Assembly (NCBI GenBank): GCA_963724295.1
Contig: CAVRUC010000009.1
Coordinates: 64,001 to 128,000, forward strand
Source: an uncultured Chloroflexia bacterium
GTDB taxonomy: Bacteria > Chloroflexota > Chloroflexia > Thermomicrobiales > UBA6265
DNA: 64,000 nucleotides
Direction: 5' to 3'
Translations under genes and position numbers: made by a program
The notes under the pieces: model-generated
Told to the model about the DNA's origin: nothing
Databases searched by the model: none
What the model saw: only the letters and a program-made list of their open reading frames with translations
Shown: positions 59,318-64,000 of the stretch, one piece after another
How the letters are laid out: each line of letters starts with the position of its first letter
How positions within the stretch are numbered: the stretch's first letter is position 1

Positions 59318-60478
59318 TTAGCAGGAGTTGCGTCCGGATCGCGCCCGGGGCTCGCGTGCGGCGCGCATCGTGGCGCCTTCCACCGTGCCTATTGACACGC
59401 CGAGATTGCGAATCGCGGCTTCGGAGGCGCCCGCGGCGCGTGCCGGGGTCACGATCTCTCGCTCCAGGTCGGGGACCCAGCCGCGCAGCACGACACTGTC
59501 GCCTCCCGCGGAGACCATGGCTGCCTGCTCCGTGGGCAGGATGAGCGTCTCTCCGGTTGCCGCGGAGGCCACCCATCCGGAGGCGTCGAGCGTCACCATG
59601 CCGGCGACGGGGGTGAGCACCTGAGGGCTGTCAGTCGCCGCGAGCAGAACGACGCTGTCCCCGGCGAGGACGATCCGCTCCAGCGCGAAGTACGGTGTTG
59701 CCACCAGGAGCGCGCGGTCCGCCGCGGCATCGACGAGCGGAACACGTGGTATCGCCTCCGGCCGCGAACGCGGATCGATCAGGGCCAGTCCCTCGCGGTG
59801 GTGCAGCGCGCGGGCTATTCCCGAGGCGTCAACCCGGCCCCAGTCATCCAGCCGGAAGGTGACGTTGGAGGGCTGCTGGATCTCGTAGAGGAGCACACCG
59901 GCGCCAAGTGCGTGCGGAGTCCCCGCCGGGATCAGCACTGTCATCCCCGGCGCAGCGGGAACCTGACGGAGGCAACCGGCGGCCGACCCATTGGCCAGTA
60001 GGCAGGAGGCCGCAAACTCCTCCGGCGTGACCTCCGGATCGAGACCAAGGTAGATGATGCTCCCCGGCTCGGCCGCCAGGACGTGATAGGCCTCCGTCTT
60101 GCCGGTGCCGAGCCCGGCGGCGGCGGCCGCGCGATCGTCCGGATGGACCTGGATCGATAGATCCGCCTGACCGTCGATCAGCTTGATGAGTAGCGGGAAG
60201 ATCGGCCGTCCTCCTGTTGCCTCTAGCCCGCGGGCGCCGATCCAGGCAGCGGGTTCGCGGCTGGCGAGCACACTGAGGGGGGTGCCGGAAAGCGTCCCGG
60301 AGGCTACCGTCGCCTCCGGCGCCGTGAGGAGGGCCTCCCCGATCGTCTCGCCGGGCGGCAGAGAAATACCCCATGCCTCCAGCAACCGGCCGCCCCACGG
60401 CTTGGCATCAAGACGCGGCTCAACTTTGACCGGCCGGACGGGCCCCCTCGTCACCCTCGTCCTCCGCTGGGCCGGCAC
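59318..60478 (-). CDS. manA: Mannose-6-phosphate isomerase, type I
   Basis: KPWGG, FPLLIK, LSIQVHP, KTEAY, GTPHAL, EIQQ. Confidence 0.88.
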   Translation of the reverse strand: MPAQRRTRVTRGPVRPVKVEPRLDAKPWGGRLLEAWGISLPPGETIGEALLTAPEATVASGTLSGTPLSVLASREPAAWIGARGLEATGGRPIFPLLIKLIDGQADLSIQVHPDDRAAAAAGLGTGKTEAYHVLAAEPGSIIYLGLDPEVTPEEFAASCLLANGSAAGCLRQVPAAPGMTVLIPAGTPHALGAGVLLYEIQQPSNVTFRLDDWGRVDASGIARALHHREGLALIDPRSRPEAIPRVPLVDAAADRALLVATPYFALERIVLAGDSVVLLAATDSPQVLTPVAGMVTLDASGWVASAATGETLILPTEQAAMVSAGGDSVVLRGWVPDLEREIVTPARAAGASEAAIRNLGVSIGTVEGATMRAAREPRARSGRNSC

Positions 60479-60480
60479 AT

Positions 60481-61608
60481 TCAGAACCCGGTCCGGCGCA
60501 TCGTCTTGAGCTGCTCGACGATCGTGCGGACCTCTTGCGCGTCGCCGCGATTGACGACGAGCAAGGCATCCGCGGTGTCCACGACGGCGATGTTCTCCAG
60601 CCCGACGAGGGCCACCAGCCGCCCCGTCTCCGACCAGACCACGCTGTTGCGCGTCTGCGATTGCACCACATCACCCCGCACGCTATTGCCGAAATCGTCA
60701 CGTTCGATCAGCTCGCCAAGGTTATTCCAGTCGCCGACGTCCGACCAACCGAACCGCGCGGGCACAACTGCTATGCGATTCGCGTGCTCGAGCACACCCT
60801 GGTCGATCGTCGACTCCGCCAATCCCGACCAGACGTCGGCGGTGACCCGCTCCTGCTCCGGGGTGCCCCACACCTGGGAGATGCGGCTCACCGCCGCGTG
60901 CAAGTCCGGCTGGAGCCGCGCCACTTCGTCCAGCAGCATCTGCGCTTGCCAGACGAACATGCTCGCGTTCCACAGGAAGCGACCCGAGGCCACATACGCC
61001 GCCGCGGTCGCGGCATCCGGTTTCTCGACGAAGCGCGCGGCGCGATAGGCCGACCCCTCCGGCGTGCTGGCGACGACGTCGTCGCTACGCTCGATGTAGC
61101 CATAGCCCGTTTCCGGCCGCGTCGGGGTCAACCCGATGGTGGCCAGCCAGCCGTCCCCGGCCGCGGCAACGGCGGTGCGCAGCGCGGCATCGAAGCGGGG
61201 AAGATCCGAGACCTCGTGATCGGCGGCAAAGCTTCCGACGATGGCGGTCGGATCACGGCGGGCGATGAGCGCGGTAGCGAGCGCGATCGCCGGCCCGGAC
61301 CCGCGTGGCGACGGTTCGACCAGCACGTTGCTCTCCGGCAGCGCCGGGAGCTGGCGCGCCACCGGCGCGGCATGGGCCGGTCCACAGACGACGAGCGTCC
61401 GTTCGGGCGGTACGCTGGGTGCGAGGCGATCAATGGTTTGTTGCAACAACGAGCGCTCGCCCAGCAGCGGTAGCAGGAATTTGGGCCGGGCGGCGCGGCT
61501 GAGCGGCCACAACCGCGTCCCGGATCCGCCCGCCGGCACCACCGCCCAGAGGTTCCGGTTGCCCGGGACCGCCCGCGGCGAGCACTTTGCGCGCGATTCC
61601 TTGCTCAT
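60481..61608 (-). CDS. manC: Mannose-1-phosphate guanylyltransferase
   Basis: AGGSGTRLWPLSR..PK, ADH, PETGYGYI, FVEKP, WSDVG. Confidence 0.92.
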   Translation of the reverse strand: MSKESRAKCSPRAVPGNRNLWAVVPAGGSGTRLWPLSRAARPKFLLPLLGERSLLQQTIDRLAPSVPPERTLVVCGPAHAAPVARQLPALPESNVLVEPSPRGSGPAIALATALIARRDPTAIVGSFAADHEVSDLPRFDAALRTAVAAAGDGWLATIGLTPTRPETGYGYIERSDDVVASTPEGSAYRAARFVEKPDAATAAAYVASGRFLWNASMFVWQAQMLLDEVARLQPDLHAAVSRISQVWGTPEQERVTADVWSGLAESTIDQGVLEHANRIAVVPARFGWSDVGDWNNLGELIERDDFGNSVRGDVVQSQTRNSVVWSETGRLVALVGLENIAVVDTADALLVVNRGDAQEVRTIVEQLKTMRRTGF

Positions 61609-61728
61609 GCCGCCTCCCCGATGCGGAGCCGCCACGGGACGCCGCTCATTCCCCTGTAGTTTGCTCCATGATAAAGAGGTGCGTGAGGTGACGAACAATC
61701 CCCAAACAGAAGACTATGGAGTCGAGCG

Positions 61729-62952
61729 ATGAACGAACCGGCCGCGCCCAGCAATGGACACGCTCCCCTGACCGGTCTGCGGATCGTCGCGATCGAGCAG
61801 TTTGGCGCGGGACCGTTCGGCACGCTACTGCTCGCCGATCTTGGGGCTGAGGTGATCAAGGTTGAAGACCCGGCGACAGGTGGTGACGTCGGGCGCAGCG
61901 TGCCGCCCGGCGCTGAGAAAGGCAGCAGTCTCTATTTCGAGGCCTTCAACCGGGGCAAGCGCAGCATCGCGCTCGATCTCACGAGTTCTGCCGGGCGGGA
62001 GGTCTTTTCCCGCCTCGTCGCCACCGCGGACACCGTCTACAACAATCTTCGCGGCGATCTCCCCGACCGGCTCGGTCTGACGTATGCGGCGCTGGCCGAG
62101 ATCAATCCCGCGATCGTCTGCGTATCGCTGTCGGCCTACGGCCGGGAGGACGCGCGCCGAGCGGAGCCGGGTTACGACGCGCTGGTGCAAGCGGAGGCGG
62201 GGTGGGCGAGTCTCACGGGTGAACCAACCAGCCCGCCGGCTCGGAGCGGCCTGCCCATGGCCGATTACGCCGCCGGGCTCGTCGCCGCCTGTGGACTACT
62301 AGCCGGGGTCGTCGATGCCCGTCGCACCGGCCGCGGTCGCGACCTCGATACTTCACTCTTCGATACCGCGCTGGCCATGCTCAGCTATCAGGCCACCTGG
62401 TGGCTGTCGGCGGAAATCGAGACCCGGCGGCTGCCCTTCTCGGCCCACCCCAGCATCGTGCCATTCCAGTTCTTCGCCACCGCCGACGGCTTCATCGCGG
62501 TCGCCTGCGCCAAGGAGAAGTTCTTCCAGGCGCTCTGTCAGGCTATCGACATGCCGGAGCTGGCGGACGACTCCCGCTTCAGCACGTTCGCGGCTCGGCA
62601 CCAGCATCGGAATGATCTCGTCCAGCTCCTCTCGCAGCGATTTCACGAGCGAACGACCGCCGCCTGGCTCGATCGGTTGCGCGGCCGGGTGCCGTGTGCG
62701 CCGGTGCGCGACCTTTCTGAGGCGCTCGAGGTGGAGGGTCTGCGGAAGCGGGGCATGCTCGCCTCGTATGAGCACTCCCAGCTCGGCACGGTGAACAGCG
62801 TTGGTCTGCCGCTGCGGATTTCAACATTCTCTCCGCGCTACCGCGCATCGCCGGCCCTCGGTGCCGATGGCGCGGATCTCCTGGCGGAGCTGGGTTACGA
62901 TGAGTTGGCCGTGGCGCGACTTGCCGACGGGGGCGCCTTCGGCCGGCAATAG
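61729..62952 (+). CDS. CaiB/BaiF family III CoA-transferase
   Basis: AGPFG..LADLGAEVIKVE, NRGKRSIALDL, GYD, MAD. Confidence 0.92.
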   Translation: MNEPAAPSNGHAPLTGLRIVAIEQFGAGPFGTLLLADLGAEVIKVEDPATGGDVGRSVPPGAEKGSSLYFEAFNRGKRSIALDLTSSAGREVFSRLVATADTVYNNLRGDLPDRLGLTYAALAEINPAIVCVSLSAYGREDARRAEPGYDALVQAEAGWASLTGEPTSPPARSGLPMADYAAGLVAACGLLAGVVDARRTGRGRDLDTSLFDTALAMLSYQATWWLSAEIETRRLPFSAHPSIVPFQFFATADGFIAVACAKEKFFQALCQAIDMPELADDSRFSTFAARHQHRNDLVQLLSQRFHERTTAAWLDRLRGRVPCAPVRDLSEALEVEGLRKRGMLASYEHSQLGTVNSVGLPLRISTFSPRYRASPALGADGADLLAELGYDELAVARLADGGAFGRQ

Positions 62953-63067
62953 CGCGAGAGACGACGGGCAATCGCTCCTCGCCTCACGGTAGGCCAGTGG
63001 TTCGGTTGCATGGAGATCGCGGCAGAGCGCTTCCAGTTAGGAGCATGCGCTCACATCCAGAGAGTCG

Positions 63068-63637
63068 CTATGATGGTGGGACCGGGTTCAGCACCGGTCC
63101 GTCCGGCGTGTCTTCGATCGTGAATTGGACGGAGTCGGTCCCCGACGCGCAGCAGAGCGGATCGTCCGGCGCATAGCGCAGGTATTCAGCGGACACCTGA
63201 TCGGCATACCAGAGGTTCACATCGGTCGCGGCCCCGGTCGTGCGCGAGTTCATCGGCACCGGCGAAACAGTGCCGGCAAAGACACCGTCGACGAAAACGA
63301 ACGACTGATACCCCAGAGGGCGGCACATGCCGTCATACCCGGCCAGACCATAGATCAACGTGACTCCCCAGCCACGCTGGTACGGCAGGAAAAGACGCCA
63401 GCCCTCGGCAATCAGCGCGTCGTCCTCGGCGGTTTCGGCGGGACGTTCCCGCTCCGCGCAGGCAGGGTCAGTATTTCCGTCGATGGTGGCAGCCGCGGGT
63501 ATGGCCATGCCTGGCGAGTTCCACGATGCGAAGTCACCGTCGAGCCAGGCTTCGTCCTGCGCCCAGGCGGGCGATGCGAACACGAGGGGCAAAACGATGG
63601 CGACCGCCGCCGAGATCCGGAGGATCAACGCACGCAT
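63068..63637 (-). CDS. Secreted LppP/LprE-like protein
   Basis: Signal ..AWAQ; GYDGMCRP, FVFVDG, YAPDDPLCC. Confidence 0.65.
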   Translation of the reverse strand: MRALILRISAAVAIVLPLVFASPAWAQDEAWLDGDFASWNSPGMAIPAAATIDGNTDPACAERERPAETAEDDALIAEGWRLFLPYQRGWGVTLIYGLAGYDGMCRPLGYQSFVFVDGVFAGTVSPVPMNSRTTGAATDVNLWYADQVSAEYLRYAPDDPLCCASGTDSVQFTIEDTPDGPVLNPVPPS

Positions 63638-63798
63638 GGAGGACTCCTTTCAGCCGGAAAATCAACCTGCCCGTATGCGGGGAGCACCCAGTCGCAACGA
63701 TAGCGGTCTGACCACGCGGTGTCGATAGCGGACTAACCACGATATCGCCGATCATGTGAGTGGTTTCAACGAGGCCGCGTCAAGCGAGGGAGCCGCTC

Positions 63799-64000
63799 AT
63801 GTCGGGCGCCAAAGAGACGAAATCGCCCACATCACTCCCTGAGAAGCACGCCAATGATTCCCGGCGAGCCGAACGGTTTCGACCAACGCTCTGGTCGGCG
63901 CTCCAGTCGCGACGAATCAAGCTGTGGCTTACCCTGGTTGGTAAGGGGTTGTTGCGGTTCAACATCGAGGTCGAGGGGTTGGAGCTCGTGCCGCGCGGCG
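63799..64000 (+). CDS. Probable lysophospholipid acyltransferase (PlsC-like), 3'-truncated by window edge
   Basis: Open from ATG 63799: ...LWLTLVGKGLLRFNIEVEGLELVPRG, the typical pre-catalytic segment. Catalytic HX4D not reached. Confidence 0.55.
   Translation, partial: MSGAKETKSPTSLPEKHANDSRRAERFRPTLWSALQSRRIKLWLTLVGKGLLRFNIEVEGLELVPRG

Overview
GC-rich bacterial chromosomal segment. The style (Tat-signal solute-binding proteins, 'QATP/QESTP' secreted proteins, solo receiver domains) suggests Thermomicrobiales/Chloroflexota; this is inference. It is densely coding and mostly catabolic or transport. It holds a C45 peptidase, a receiver/HisKA-only micro-module, nadE, and a HutG-like/SDR/hydrolase/peptide-ABC/FAH/thiol-dioxygenase block. 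It also holds two convergent Liv-type ABC operons, ispH, iolG-iolB-iolD, a TetR-controlled double epoxide hydrolase plus AlkZ-like glycosylase locus, and a NitT/TauT-ABC/VOC/TIM-barrel/Gfo/HutG-like operon. The remainder is TauE plus a signal-less PhnD-fold protein, gltX, a KimA-like transporter, manA/manC and others. No rRNA, tRNA, CRISPR, transposase or phage genes are recognisable. About a dozen single-base indels interrupt otherwise intact genes, most simply explained as long-read assembly error. The best candidates for undescribed biology are the epoxide-hydrolase/AlkZ 'detoxify and repair' locus, the orphan HutG-like catabolic operons, and several families of octamer-built intergenic palindromic repeats.
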